60,438 nt of DNA, filler included, from 5 parts of 5 records of this genome joined end to end with filler, not necessarily neighbours in it, one strand, 5' to 3'; positions 1-10,839 are shown, counted from the whole stretch's first letter. Notes: generated from the letters alone by a model not told the origin. Program-made: numbers and translations.

Positions 1-31
1 ATCTATTTGTTTTGGCGCATTTTCGCGGACA

Positions 32-1138
32 TCAAGTGTTTCTACTTGACTGCGAAATGCTCAATTGCGCGGCGCTGTCGAATACGGCGCGCGGATTATC
101 TTGCATGAAGCGTTGAAGCGTCTTCTCATCAAGCCCGTGGCGGGCAAGACGCGGCAAGAAATGGCGCAGCACGAAGGCATAACCATTTCCGCCATACTGC
201 GTCAGCATCATTTTCAGGAACACGTCATGGGACAGCAGAATGCGACCGCCGTGACCAGCTTCAACCAGTTTGACGATGGCACGAGCGCATTCTTCGTCGC
301 TCGGGCACTGAACCTGCTGGTCGGCATAGAAGAAATCCATGCCGATCATGTCGTACTCGATGAAGGCACCACGCGCGGCGAGTTCACTTTGATAGGTGAA
401 ATCGTCATGCGACGGGTTCATGTGGCAAAGCACGGTGTGCTTCAGATCCGCACCTTCGGCCTCGACGATATCAAGCACGTCATGGCCGAGACGGAACCAA
501 CCCGGCAAATGCACCATCAGCGGCAAGCCTGTTCGGACCTGCGCCTGAGCCGCACCCCGCAACGACTTGCGCTCTGCTTCGGTGAAGTCTCCGGAAACGC
601 CGATTTCGCCGATCAGGCCGATCTTCACACCCGTGTCGTCAACGCCGTTTATGGCCTCGGCGACGATCTCTTCGGCGATGTCTTTTTCTGTCATCGCCGC
701 GAGCTTTTCGGGATGGGAATCCTGCAGATAATAGCCTGCGCCGATGACGAGGTTGAGCCCGGTTGCAGCCGAAATCCGCTGCATGGCTTCCGGGTTGCGC
801 CCGATGCCCTGACAGGTCGGCTCGACCAGCGTGCGCCCACCGGCATCAACGAAGGACTTCAGCTCGGAAATCGCCAGCTTCTCGTCATCAAGCGTGATGT
901 TGTGCTTGTTCACGAAGGGATCCTGATGCAGTTCGCTCAGAATTTCCATGCACACGAAGCTGTCGGCAAGATGCTGACGCTCGGGCGTTTGCGGCGGGTT
1001 CCACCAGCATGTGCAGTCGTTGAGCACATGCTCGTGCATCAGCGTCACGCCCATGGCCGACGCCTCGACCGGACCATTGACGGTCATGACCTTGCCGGAG
1101 CCCGTATGGGCTTCGGAAAGTTCGGATGCAGACATCAT
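32..1138 (-). CDS. Phosphotriesterase-family (PHP/PTER-like) amidohydrolase
   Basis: Motifs VMTVNGP, LMHEH, IGEIG (Glu-type metal bridge), VHLPGW, LCHMN, LSHDV. Last gene of the ABC operon. Confidence 0.9.
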   Translation of the reverse strand: MMSASELSEAHTGSGKVMTVNGPVEASAMGVTLMHEHVLNDCTCWWNPPQTPERQHLADSFVCMEILSELHQDPFVNKHNITLDDEKLAISELKSFVDAGGRTLVEPTCQGIGRNPEAMQRISAATGLNLVIGAGYYLQDSHPEKLAAMTEKDIAEEIVAEAINGVDDTGVKIGLIGEIGVSGDFTEAERKSLRGAAQAQVRTGLPLMVHLPGWFRLGHDVLDIVEAEGADLKHTVLCHMNPSHDDFTYQSELAARGAFIEYDMIGMDFFYADQQVQCPSDEECARAIVKLVEAGHGGRILLSHDVFLKMMLTQYGGNGYAFVLRHFLPRLARHGLDEKTLQRFMQDNPRAVFDSAAQLSISQSSRNT

Positions 1139-2142
1139 TTGCCTCCCTTGCCCCGGCCGAAGCTGAAATTCGCGCCGAATATCCGGGTGTTGAGCCAGAT
1201 CGCCAGCAGGATGATCGCACCAGTGACAATCTGCGTGAAGAAGGGCGAGATGTGCATCAGAATCAACCCGTTGCCGATCACGGCAATGGTCATGGTGCCA
1301 AGCACAGTTCCCAGAATGGTGCCGCGACCGCCCATCAGCGATGTGCCGCCAAGAACCACGGCGGCAATCGCCTGAAGTTCAAAACCCACCGCGGCATTGG
1401 ACGAACCGGAACCGAGACGCGCTGCCATCAGCAAGCCAGCAAGACCGCAAGCCAGGCCGGAGAGAACATAGACCGACATCAGCACGAATTTGGCGGGCAT
1501 GCCGACACGGCGTGCGGCTTCCAGATTGGAGCCGATGGCAACAACCTGACGGCCATAACGCGTCTTCGAAATCACGATATAGCCGATGATGGCAACGACG
1601 ATTGCGATAATGGCCGGGAAGGGCACGCCGAGAATTTCACCACGACCGAGAAACAGAAAGCCCGGCACATCGCGGATCGGGATCGAGTAGCCCTTGGTGA
1701 GATAAAGCGCCACGCCACGAAAGATCGAAAGGCCTGCAAGCGTCACGATAAAAGCCGGAATACCCTGATACGAAACGAACCAGCCCTGAAACAGACCGAT
1801 GAACGCGCCGAGCGCCAGCATCGCGACAATTGCCAGCGGCCACGGCACACCGGCGACGATGATCATCGCGACCACCGCGTTGATGACGGCGATGATCGAA
1901 CCGACCGAAAGATCGATGCCGCCGGTGATGATCACGAAGGTCATGGCGATGGCAACGATCAGGATCGGCGCTGCCTGCCGGATGACATTGAGCAGGTTTC
2001 CGGCTGTCAGAAAAGTGTCGGTGCTGACCGAAAAGAAGATGAAGCAGACGACAAAGAAAAAGGCGATGGAGAGCACCTGGGCGTTTTCGCCGAGAAAATC
2101 GACGACTGGCGAGCCCTTGGCGCGTTCGGTGTAGGCGCTCAA
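1135..2142 (-). CDS. Sugar ABC transporter permease (RbsC/BPD_transp_2 family)
   Basis: GGIDLSVGS, GIPAFIVTL, ELQAIAAVVLGGTSLMGGRG. TTG start overlaps the upstream stop. Confidence 0.92.
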   Translation of the reverse strand: MSAYTERAKGSPVVDFLGENAQVLSIAFFFVVCFIFFSVSTDTFLTAGNLLNVIRQAAPILIVAIAMTFVIITGGIDLSVGSIIAVINAVVAMIIVAGVPWPLAIVAMLALGAFIGLFQGWFVSYQGIPAFIVTLAGLSIFRGVALYLTKGYSIPIRDVPGFLFLGRGEILGVPFPAIIAIVVAIIGYIVISKTRYGRQVVAIGSNLEAARRVGMPAKFVLMSVYVLSGLACGLAGLLMAARLGSGSSNAAVGFELQAIAAVVLGGTSLMGGRGTILGTVLGTMTIAVIGNGLILMHISPFFTQIVTGAIILLAIWLNTRIFGANFSFGRGKGGK

Positions 2143-2948
2143 TGTTTTTCTCCCCCGACGATGAGTTGGACAAGATCTTCAAGACCGGTATCTCCGATCA
2201 TACGTTCGGCAACCTTGGTGCCCTCATACATGACGGCAATGCGGTCGCAGACGCGGAAGAGATCCTGCAGACGGTGGGTGATCAGGACCACGGAAACGCC
2301 CTTGGCCTTGACGCGGTTGATCAGATGCAGAACGGCTTCAACTTCTGCAACGGCAAGTGCAGAAGTGGGCTCGTCCATGATCAGCACTTTCGGCTGGAAC
2401 GAGGCCGCACGCGCAATGGCGATCGCCTGCCGCTGGCCGCCGGAGAGCTTTTCCACCTTGGCGGAAAGCCGGGGAATGCGGATTTCAAGCGCCTCAAGCA
2501 TACGCTCGGCCTCGGCCGCCATTTTCTTGCGGTTGAGAAACAGTCCGCTGGAAAGTTCGCGTCCGAGAAACAGATTGCCGACGACATCGATATGGTCGCA
2601 CAGGCTGAGGTCCTGGAACACCATTTCGATATTGCGGTTGCGGGCATCGGCGGGGCCGGTCAGTTCGACGGTCTCGCCGGCAACCTTGATGGTGCCACCG
2701 TCAGGAATATAGGTTCCCGAGATGATCTTGGTGAGGGTTGATTTCCCGGCGGCATTGTCACCGACCAGACCGAGGCATTCGCCGGGGTAGAGATCGAGGT
2801 CAACGCCGCGCAGCGCCTGATGCGAGCCGAAGGTTTTTGTTATGCCGCGAAGGGAAATGGCGGGATCTGTCGAGGGCCGTTCCGACGCGCGGAGGGGGGT
2901 GTCCCCTCCGCCGCCGACAGCACCAGTTTGCTGTAGATCAGACATCAT
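2139..2948 (-). CDS. Sugar ABC transporter ATP-binding protein (single NBD)
   Basis: Walker A GDNAAGKS, signature LSGGQ, Walker B LIMDEPT. Confidence 0.93.
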   Translation of the reverse strand: MMSDLQQTGAVGGGGDTPLRASERPSTDPAISLRGITKTFGSHQALRGVDLDLYPGECLGLVGDNAAGKSTLTKIISGTYIPDGGTIKVAGETVELTGPADARNRNIEMVFQDLSLCDHIDVVGNLFLGRELSSGLFLNRKKMAAEAERMLEALEIRIPRLSAKVEKLSGGQRQAIAIARAASFQPKVLIMDEPTSALAVAEVEAVLHLINRVKAKGVSVVLITHRLQDLFRVCDRIAVMYEGTKVAERMIGDTGLEDLVQLIVGGEKH

Positions 2949-3898
2949 TTAAAGATAGCACGGTAGGGTTCGACATTGGCTTCAGTCACGATTGTGACCG
3001 GCACGGAGATCACGGCTTCAACGCTGTCGCCATTGGAAAGGTCATTCAGCGCTTCAATCGCTGCGGCACCCATCAGGGACGGGTCCTGCTGGATAACAGC
3101 GATCAGGAAGCCATCATCGATGGCGTTGATTGCCTGTGCCGTCAGATCCCAGCCGAAGATCTTGATGTCGTCCTGCTTACCCTGGCTTTCGACAGCGGCA
3201 ATTGCGCCCATCAGGGCCGGTTCGCCGGTGGCGTAGATCGCGGTAAGGTCCGGGTTGGCGGTGATCAGGTTCTCGGCTGCCGTCAGCGCATTGTCCTGAA
3301 CGTTGCGGCCATCGACAACACCGGCGATTTCGATGCCTTCAACACCGTCGATGGCATCTTCAAAGCCTTGCTGGCGAACATTCTGGATGTAGGAATTCAG
3401 CGCACCGACGATACCAACCTTGGCTTCACCGCCCATATCGCTTTTGACATAGTCAACAAAATAGGCACCGATATCACCGCCGGCCTTGGCGTTGTCGACG
3501 CCGATCTGAGCCTTTTGCGGACCTTCAGGCAGGATCGCGTCGATGGCAACGACCGGAATCCCGGCTTCATCGGCCTGCTCGACAGCGGCCATGATGCCGT
3601 TGACGTCGATGGCGACAACGGCAAGGCCGTCAACATCTTCCTGAATGTAGGTTTCAACGGCATTGTTCTGCATCGCCGGGTCGTTGTTGGCGTTGTAGAT
3701 CTGAAGGCCAACACCGAGTTCCTTGGCTTTTTCCTCTGCCCCACGATTAATGTCGTTGAAGAACAGGGCCTGCTGGTTGATCTGCACCAATGCAAAAGTC
3801 TTGTCAGCTGCCTGGGCACCGGTGGCCAGTGTTCCAGCCATGGCACCTACAGCGAGTGCCGTGGAAAGAAGTGTCCTGCGGGTTATCTTTGAAATCAT
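2945..3898 (-). CDS. Sugar ABC transporter substrate-binding protein (RbsB-like)
   Basis: ATG at 3898 after a GAGGAAG RBS. Signal peptide (TRRTLL...AQA), AGIPVVAID, IGVDN. Confidence 0.9.
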   Translation of the reverse strand: MISKITRRTLLSTALAVGAMAGTLATGAQAADKTFALVQINQQALFFNDINRGAEEKAKELGVGLQIYNANNDPAMQNNAVETYIQEDVDGLAVVAIDVNGIMAAVEQADEAGIPVVAIDAILPEGPQKAQIGVDNAKAGGDIGAYFVDYVKSDMGGEAKVGIVGALNSYIQNVRQQGFEDAIDGVEGIEIAGVVDGRNVQDNALTAAENLITANPDLTAIYATGEPALMGAIAAVESQGKQDDIKIFGWDLTAQAINAIDDGFLIAVIQQDPSLMGAAAIEALNDLSNGDSVEAVISVPVTIVTEANVEPYRAIFK

Positions 3899-3917
3899 GA
3901 GTTCTTCCTCTGGTTGG

Positions 3918-4952
3918 TTATGAACGTCGCTTGTTTTTGATTGCCGGCGGTGCGACGGAATTCCGCTCGACGATTTCCACGGGCAGCAATTCTTCATGCT
4001 CGAGGCCTTCAGAATTCTGCCAGTCTGTTTGATGAAGCAGCGCCAGGGCCCGCGCTCCGATGGATCTGACTGGTTGGCGAATCGCGGTGAGTGGTGGCCT
4101 GAAGAGGTGAAGCGGGCCGACATCATCAAACCCAATGACGGAGACACGATCCGGGATGCTGACGCCTTCGGAATAGAGCACCTCGATCAGACCAATCGCG
4201 ATTTCATCAGAACTGGCGAAAATGGCAGAAGCGGGCAAACCTTCATCAAGGAACCGGCGTGCGGCACGACGACCGGCCGAAACAGTATATTCGTCTTGGT
4301 AGCGAAGGATTTCCGCCTCTTCCCCGAATCGTTCGCGCAGGCCCTGCTCCAGCCCGGCATAGCGGCGGGTTGTCGAGATCATTTCCTCCGGACCGCCGAC
4401 AAACAGCACTTTAAAGTGATCGAATTCCGCCAGGTGTCTGCCGGCAAGATAGCCCCCCTGATGGTTGTCGCAGAATAGTTTCGGAACCATGGCACCGGGA
4501 ACATCCTCGTCGACAATGACAACTTTGCCAGTACGGTTGATCAGCCCTGCAAGCTCACCATCATCCGGGTGGTTGGTGACGAAGATCAGGCCATCGACAT
4601 GGTGGTGCTCGATCAGACCGAGATATTTCATTTCGCGACCGGGGCGGTTCAGCGTGGCATTCAATGAGACGGCAAGCCCGAGCTTGTCTGCCTCCTCCTC
4701 GATCGCCGCCACCAGCATGGCGAAGAACGGGTTGGCAATATCGGGAACAACAAGGCCGATCATATCGGAGCGCCCGCGGCTCAATCGCCTTGCATGGGGG
4801 TTCGGCACATAGCCGAGATCACGGATGGCCGTTTCGATACGGGTGCGCGTTTCATCAGGCAGCACGAGGGAGCCGTTCAGCAGACGGGAAATCGTCGCTA
4901 CGGAAACGCCTGCAGCCTTCGCCACATCTTTCAGGCCTGGAGCCTTAGCCAT
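3918..4952 (-). CDS. LacI-family transcriptional regulator
   Basis: N-terminal LKDVAKAAGVSVATISR HTH, YVPNPHAR, IGFDD. Confidence 0.93.
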   Translation of the reverse strand: MAKAPGLKDVAKAAGVSVATISRLLNGSLVLPDETRTRIETAIRDLGYVPNPHARRLSRGRSDMIGLVVPDIANPFFAMLVAAIEEEADKLGLAVSLNATLNRPGREMKYLGLIEHHHVDGLIFVTNHPDDGELAGLINRTGKVVIVDEDVPGAMVPKLFCDNHQGGYLAGRHLAEFDHFKVLFVGGPEEMISTTRRYAGLEQGLRERFGEEAEILRYQDEYTVSAGRRAARRFLDEGLPASAIFASSDEIAIGLIEVLYSEGVSIPDRVSVIGFDDVGPLHLFRPPLTAIRQPVRSIGARALALLHQTDWQNSEGLEHEELLPVEIVERNSVAPPAIKNKRRS

Positions 4953-4998
4953 CTTGTTCGCCCTCACGCGACCGTTTTTCCGGTCGTCATTTGAAAAC

Positions 4999-5027
4999 TG
5001 TAAAGCGATTTACTAAATCGCTTTACA
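4999..5027. promoter_or_regulatory. Tandem LacI-type operators forming a perfect 14-1-14 inverted repeat
   Basis: TGTAAAGCGATTTA-C-TAAATCGCTTTACA about 50 bp upstream of the lacI-family gene. Each arm has a CG-centred LacI-like core. Confidence 0.75.
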
Positions 5028-5295
5028 AGAAAATTATAAAGTCCCTACTTTGTCAATACAGTTTTGCGCAAAACTCGAAAATTCACCGCCGAACAGGTTT
5101 TATGGAAGCCAAAGTACCGGCGAGCGAACGCTTGCCTAGCGCTTGAAAAAGCGCCGCACCCGATGTGCCATACCGGACCAGCGCCTTTCTTCCGGCGTGT
5201 AAACGGCCGTATCGCCGAACAGCAGCGAACCGGTAATCCAGGTCGACTGGCTGACGTTTTCGGTCACGAGGAAATCCGCACCCTTGGTGGAGCCA

Positions 5296-5900
5296 CTAAG
5301 TGTTGTTCCGGACAGATAGGACGCCCCGCCAAGATAAAGGTTGCCAGGTGACGGTTTCCTGACCTATTGAAAAGTCAGCCTCACCGGAACCGGCGGCGCT
5401 GGTAATCGACGCGGTGTTTCCGGAAGTGGATGCAACAGTGAAAGCGACAGGCGGATCGTCACTGTTATAGAACGTCTCACCATCGGACTTGACCAGATCC
5501 GCGTGCCGCCAGCAACGCCGCAAAACGAGGTGGCATAGGTTTGAAACAACATATCGCCATTGAGTTGGCTGTGATCGCCGTCAGGTGCGACCTTCAGTTC
5601 GCCATCGTTAACGAAGTTCAGGCACCAGTGATCTATGCCATATCTGCTTTCATGCGTTCTGGTACGCTGAAAAACTATTTGTTCCGTTTCAAACGAAAAC
5701 AAGTGCAGTATGCCGATTTCAAAAGCCTGTGCGCTTGCGTGAAAACCTGATCCCAGACGAACCGGTGGCGTCACATCACAGACCGGCTTCATGAACTCGC
5801 GCCAGACATCAAACTGATCGGCCTTGGCGATATCCTCTGTCGAAAACCAAAATCCCGGAACGGCTTTGTGATGCGGGTCGATGGTTATTTCTTCGGTCAA
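5296..5900 (-). pseudogene. Truncated AraC-family regulator (ligand-binding domain only) joined to an unrelated gene tail
   Basis: FSTEDIAKADQFDVWREFM...FQRT...DHWCL resembles an AraC-binding-like N-domain. No HTH follows, and sequence character changes near 5500. Confidence 0.6.
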
Positions 5901-6285
5901 AACAGTTCACTCCCCCGAAAAGAAGTGCTCCTCTGCGCACCCGCATTGTAAGGCAGGCCTTGTTCATCGACTGTTGGAAAATATCGTGGTAACGAGAGAA
6001 CAATATCAGGTTTTCAGTGCATTGACAGCAGTATGCACAATAACGGCAGAGCCTGTGACTTCCATACGGTCATAACAATGCCTGGCGGGGAAAAGGCGTG
6101 CATGGGGGCCGAAAGGCGCATATCTCGCATGGATGATCGTGCCGAGTGCAAAGAAAGGGCGGCAAACCGCCATGGCGCTCTTTCATAAAACAAGCCAGCC
6201 GTAATATGTTCATCAGGGCGGCTGTCGGGCAAGCCTGTTGATCGGTCCGGGGCTCAAACACGGCAAGATGTGAAAGCGAAGCGAG

Positions 6286-6903
6286 ATGCCGAGATCCATC
6301 CGGTGGAATTGGAGCGACCCCAAAAGGCAACGCAAGCTCATAACCGTGGAGAATCATATTCTCTGGTCCTACGCCATGCTGAGCATTACGCGGCAGATCA
6401 TGGAGGATCGGAAAAAGAACACCCTGGATCGCTTCTCCGGTGGCAGGACAAAATGGACCAACATAGAGATGACGCGATATCAGCAGCAGCGCCGAAATAT
6501 CTCGACGCTTGATCGCGACGATGCGCTCGCACAGGATGGCCTCAAAGTCTGTGCCCACTGCGGCATCAGTTCACCGAAATTTCAATGGGATCACCTCATT
6601 CCACAGAGCAAACTCTCAGGGAACCATGTTCCGCTCAATCAGGTTCGTTCCTGCCGACATTGCAACATGATCCGTGGCAACAAGGATTTTATGTATTGGC
6701 ATCGACAAAGCCAGACCTTCCCCACCTTGAGCGTCCTGCGCAGGTATCTCAAGCTCTGTTACTTCTACGCAAAACAAGGCGGCTTCCTGAACGCCTCCGC
6801 CACTGAAGCCGTGCAAGCTGGCCTGCCGTTCGACCCGCGGCATCTGCCCCGCAAATTTCCGGCGATTGAATATCTTGTTTGGGACTATGCCTACCCGACA
6901 TAG
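6286..6903 (+). CDS. HNH endonuclease
   Basis: CAHC...WDHLIP...N...SCRHCN..RG zinc-finger HNH signature. Confidence 0.85.
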   Translation: MPRSIRWNWSDPKRQRKLITVENHILWSYAMLSITRQIMEDRKKNTLDRFSGGRTKWTNIEMTRYQQQRRNISTLDRDDALAQDGLKVCAHCGISSPKFQWDHLIPQSKLSGNHVPLNQVRSCRHCNMIRGNKDFMYWHRQSQTFPTLSVLRRYLKLCYFYAKQGGFLNASATEAVQAGLPFDPRHLPRKFPAIEYLVWDYAYPT

Positions 6904-7055
6904 GAGTTAAGAACGCAAAATAGCGCTATTGAAGCGAAATCTCATTGTCACGCAATTGAAAGTTTTAATGCGGAAACGGTATCAACCACCATGAAGCCGC
7001 CCGATTGGGCTGACACAAATGCCCGATCATATTTCCCGGAGCCGAAAACACTGAC

Positions 7056-9465
7056 ATGAATTCTTTTATCGAACTGCTCGTTGTCCTGGTTCTCGTCACA
7101 CTTCTGATCAAGAATTCCAATCTGAAGAAGCGTATGAAGATGCTTGAGGACGCCCAGAAAAAAAACCGCGAACAACTGGAGAAGCTTGAGCACCGATGCA
7201 CCGAAGCAGGCGTTCCGGATACATATACGGGCGAGACCGAGACCAAGCAGGAGACTGCGGAACCACCGCGCGAGGCAAAAGCGGCCGCAAGGCTGACCTC
7301 CGGGCAGTCAGCCTCGAATGCAGAAACGAGCCCGGTGTCGCCTGCCCGGACCGACACGCCGCCGCGCGCTTTCGTTTTCACGGGCACCGCTGCCCGTCAG
7401 TTCGGTCAATGGCTTCAGGCCAACTGGACGGTGGCGCTTGCCGCCCTTTCCCTTGCGCTCGGCGGAATATTCATGGTCCAGTACGGCGTCGAAAATGGAC
7501 TTCTGACACCGCTCTGGCGTGTTATCGGCGCATTGATTCTCGGCGCGCTGCTGATCGGTGGCGGCGAATTCATCCGTCGCCGCCATGGTGATGAAAGCAC
7601 CGAAGCGACCCGGTTTCTGCCCTCGACCTTCGCCGGCGCCGGTCTGGCAACGCTTTTTTCTGCCGTTCTCGCTGCCCGCCTGCTTTACGGACTTATTTCG
7701 GCGGAAACGACACTGGCTGGATTGATTCTGGTCAGCGTTTTGGCCGTCGTGCTCGGCTGGCTCTACGGCCCGGTTTTGAGCGTCGTCGGCATTATCGGCG
7801 CCACAGCGGCACCCTTTCTTGTCGGCGGCAGTTCCGAAAGCAGCTGGCTGTTTTTCTATTATTTTGCGCTTATCGCGACTACAGGCCTTGCCGTCGACAG
7901 CGTCAAGCGCTGGGCGTGGGTTTCGGCTGTAGTGCTGATAGCGACATCGACGGCGGCAACCCTACTCTATCTTGGTGTTGACGAGCCTCTTCACTATGGT
8001 GCTTTTCTGATTCTGGCGTGGCTGGCGGCCGCCATCCTTCCCGTTCAAAGCTTTATGCCTGCCCATGCAGGGCAGACGGTTCTCGCAACACTCTTAGGTG
8101 CAAAGCCGCGCGCTGATTTTCCAACGCGCATCATCGCAGCGATGACCGTGTTTGCCTGTGCGTCTATGCTCTATCTATCAATCAAAGCATCCGGGGAGGT
8201 CGAGACAAACGCGACGCTGTGGGGGATCTATCTGCTTCTGGCTGCCACACTTTTGTGGATGCATCGGGCCGAAGCACTCCGGGACATACCTCTCATTCCT
8301 GCATTTGCATTTGTGGGCGCAGTCGCCTGGCAAGCCGTTGAATATGGACCGCTCTTCGCAACGTTCAGCGCAAGCAGCGGCGCAACGCCTGCTATTGCCG
8401 GAGAGCCGTCCGGTTTTCTGACGGTGACACTTGTACTTTCCACTCTCGCCACGATCATGGCCTTCTGGCGAATGACGAACATTCAGGACGACAATCGTTA
8501 CGCCATTGGATATGCGCTGGGTGCGGCGGTTTTTGCACCCAGTGTCGTCTTTGTTCTACAGTTCCTGTGGGTGCCTGCAGACTCGCTGGGAAATATAGGC
8601 TGGAGCATTCATGTTCTTGCCGTTGCCATGGTCATGGCGGTTCTTTCCGACCGGGCATTGCGCAGTGCGGATGTGGCCGGGCGACAGCTTCGCGCCGCCT
8701 TGTTTGCAATCGCCGCCCTTTCCCTGCTCGCGCTGGCCCTGTTCGTCGTTCTGACCCAGACGGCACTGACCCTGGCGCTTGGCGTTGTGGTCATATTGAC
8801 GGTCGGGCTCGATCGGCGCTTCGACCTTCCGGCCGTCGGCGTTTTCACCAAGATCGCGCTTGCCGTCATCGCCTATCGCCTGGTTGCGAGCCCCGGCTTT
8901 TTCTGGGCGATCCGCAACAACACAACATGGGTGGATATTATCCTCGCCTATGGCGGCACGCTGGCATTGCTTTACGCTGGCTGGCGCCTCACAGTGGCGC
9001 GTGCACGCCGTTCCGTGCAACTGGCCATCGAGACCAGCATTTGGACTGTTGGTGCCGTTTTCGCCTGCGCGGTGCTGCAACGTCTGGTACCGGACGAATT
9101 CGGGCTGCTGTCTGCCGTCTGGGCGGTCGCCATGCTGGCCCAGATCCAACGGCTGCAAACCGTCGGAAAGTTCATGCGTCTTCTGCGAATTGGGCTTGCG
9201 GTGCTCTTCGGCCTGTTCTCGGCCATTCTGATCGCCGTTCCGCTGACCATCAACAATCCACTCGTTGATTTCAATCCGGTTTCAGGGCCGTTGATCTTCG
9301 ACAGTCTGGCCATCAGCTACCTTCCACTTTCCGTCGTACTTGGCGTTGGCGCATGGAGACTGCCCTATCTGGGCCAGAAATTCCGGAGAGGTTTTGCCGC
9401 GATCGCCGGGCTTCTCACTGCGTTTTATTCGGCCTGCGAAATTCGCAGGTTCTGGCGCGGCAACG
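7056..9465 (+). CDS. DUF2339-type large membrane protein (3' truncated by contig end)
   Basis: NWTV..AALSLALGGIFMVQYGVENGLLTP..RV motif, more than 20 hydrophobic helices, ends in EIRRFWRG. Confidence 0.8.
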
Positions 9466-9565
9466 NNNNNNNNNNNNNNNNNNNNNNNNNNNNNNNNNNN
9501 NNNNNNNNNTTAATTAATTAANNNNNNNNNNNNNNNNNNNNNNNNNNNNNNNNNNNNNNNNNNNN
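9466..9565. other. Artificial contig spacer
   Basis: 44 N + TTAATTAATTAA (stops in all six frames) + 44 N. Confidence 0.99.
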
Positions 9566-9731
9566 TGAATGGGATCGCGTTTGTGAAGAGGCGCGATTGA
9601 GCGAGACAGACGAGAGACTATTCGCCGGACGTCAGTTTCTGAACGCATACTGCGTCGATGGTCTCGACGAAAGCAATGCGGGTTTGGCAGAAGCGTTCAT
9701 TCACGCACGAAGGCGGATTGCAAGCACCTGA
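9566..9731 (+). CDS. C-terminal fragment of a HipA-family toxin (5' truncated)
   Basis: Frame from 9567 reads EWDRVCEEARLSETDERLFAGRQFLNAYCVDG...IAST*, which matches the C-terminal pattern of alphaproteobacterial HipA proteins. Not in the ORF track. Confidence 0.6.
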
Positions 9732-9768
9732 CCATGATCGGTGGGGATTAAACATTTCACCGCGTGCC

Positions 9769-9832
9769 GTCTGAAACGGGGCCGTTTGCAGAATGTCGGG
9801 TTGCGGGTGACGAAGGCAGATAGCTGCCATTC
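9769..9832 (+). repeat. Intergenic palindromic repeat, copy 1
   Basis: 55-bp core GGGGCCG...GTCGGGTT...GCTGCCATTC at 9778-9832. 28/39 identity between 9769-9807 and 10776-10814. Confidence 0.65.
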
Positions 9833-10065
9833 AATCTACTACTCAGCGATAGCAGCTTGCGACGCCGTTCCAGTCGCTTAGCTAGGCCAACCTTGTCCCC
9901 AAAAGCGGTCGGGACAGGTTAGGGCTCAGGAGCGGTCTTTTTTTCCAGCGGTGCTACATAAAACCGCCAGTCGTTTCCCGCCCCTAACGGACGCTGCCCC
10001 GACCAGTTCGCAGTGAAATGCAAAAGGTCCTTCAAGTTTTGTGGGAACCTATCTATCGTGAAGCG

Positions 10066-10575
10066 ATGGAAGCTACAGAGCCCAACACACTGATACGCGC
10101 GGGTGTGATTGAAGACTTGCCCGTGCTCATCGATGTCCAACGCAACGCATCACTCGCGGGCTACCCCGAACAGCTTCGTACTCTTTTTCGCTCCCAGCCT
10201 GAGCTCATTGAGCAGAGCTTTCAAAAAGGATGGTTCGCCATGGATCAGGTCCGGGTGGCGACCCAGGGCCCCCTCATCGTCGGCTTTGCAGTATTGGAGA
10301 GATCGGGCGATGGTGAGGCGGAGATGATCGCCTTGTTCGTAGACCCGGCTTATTGGCGAAGGGGTATTGGGAAGGCGCTCGTTGATGCTGTTGCCGAGTT
10401 AGCCCACCGATGGGGCGAACGCAGAATCTTCGTCTTGGCGAATCCTCTGGCACTCGAGTTCTACCGTGCCGCCGGATTCGTGCATGAACGATTTGTCGAA
10501 ATGCTCCATGCGCCCGCTGTGCCCCTGCTTGTTCGACAAATCCGGGGCCCACTGGAGAGGCCCGTGGAGGGGTGA
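10066..10575 (+). CDS. GNAT-family acetyltransferase
   Basis: LFVDPAYWRRGIGKALV acetyl-CoA motif A and ALEFYRAAGF. Start could be 10018. Confidence 0.88.
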   Translation: MEATEPNTLIRAGVIEDLPVLIDVQRNASLAGYPEQLRTLFRSQPELIEQSFQKGWFAMDQVRVATQGPLIVGFAVLERSGDGEAEMIALFVDPAYWRRGIGKALVDAVAELAHRWGERRIFVLANPLALEFYRAAGFVHERFVEMLHAPAVPLLVRQIRGPLERPVEG

Positions 10576-10627
10576 ACTACCCGCTTAGTCCGTTCGATAT
10601 CTAGCCAGAAGCGCCAGTGTAGACGCT

Positions 10628-10692
10628 GAATGTCTGGTTCTATGAAGCACCGGCACAAGAGCTGCCATTCTGGTTTCCACCCCATAACGGAC
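10628..10692 (+). repeat. Intergenic palindromic repeat, partial copy
   Basis: GAATGTCTGGTT...AGCTGCCATTC parallels 9791-9832. 10673-10692 is 17/20 identical to 9973-9992. Confidence 0.6.
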
Positions 10693-10775
10693 CTCCAGCG
10701 GGCATGGCTCGAAGGCAGCTTTTGGGAGACTTCCAATCCGACCTAAACCACCGAATTGGAGGCGCCTTCCGGACC

Positions 10776-10839
10776 GGCAGAAACGGGGCCGGGTGCGAAC
10801 TATCTGCTTTCGGGGTCGAGATAAAAAAAGCAGCCCCTC
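10776..10839 (+). repeat. Intergenic palindromic repeat, copy 2
   Basis: Exact GAAACGGGGCCG shared with copy 1. Same 55-bp span from GGGGCCG to GCAGCCCCTC. Confidence 0.65.

Noticed and set aside
65-3892. Long plus-strand ORFs (436, 528 and 384 aa), and similar antisense ORFs at 36907-38241, 40614-42065, 42220-43776 and 58240-59253
   Set aside because: Shadow frames of well-supported genes on the opposite strand in GC-rich DNA.
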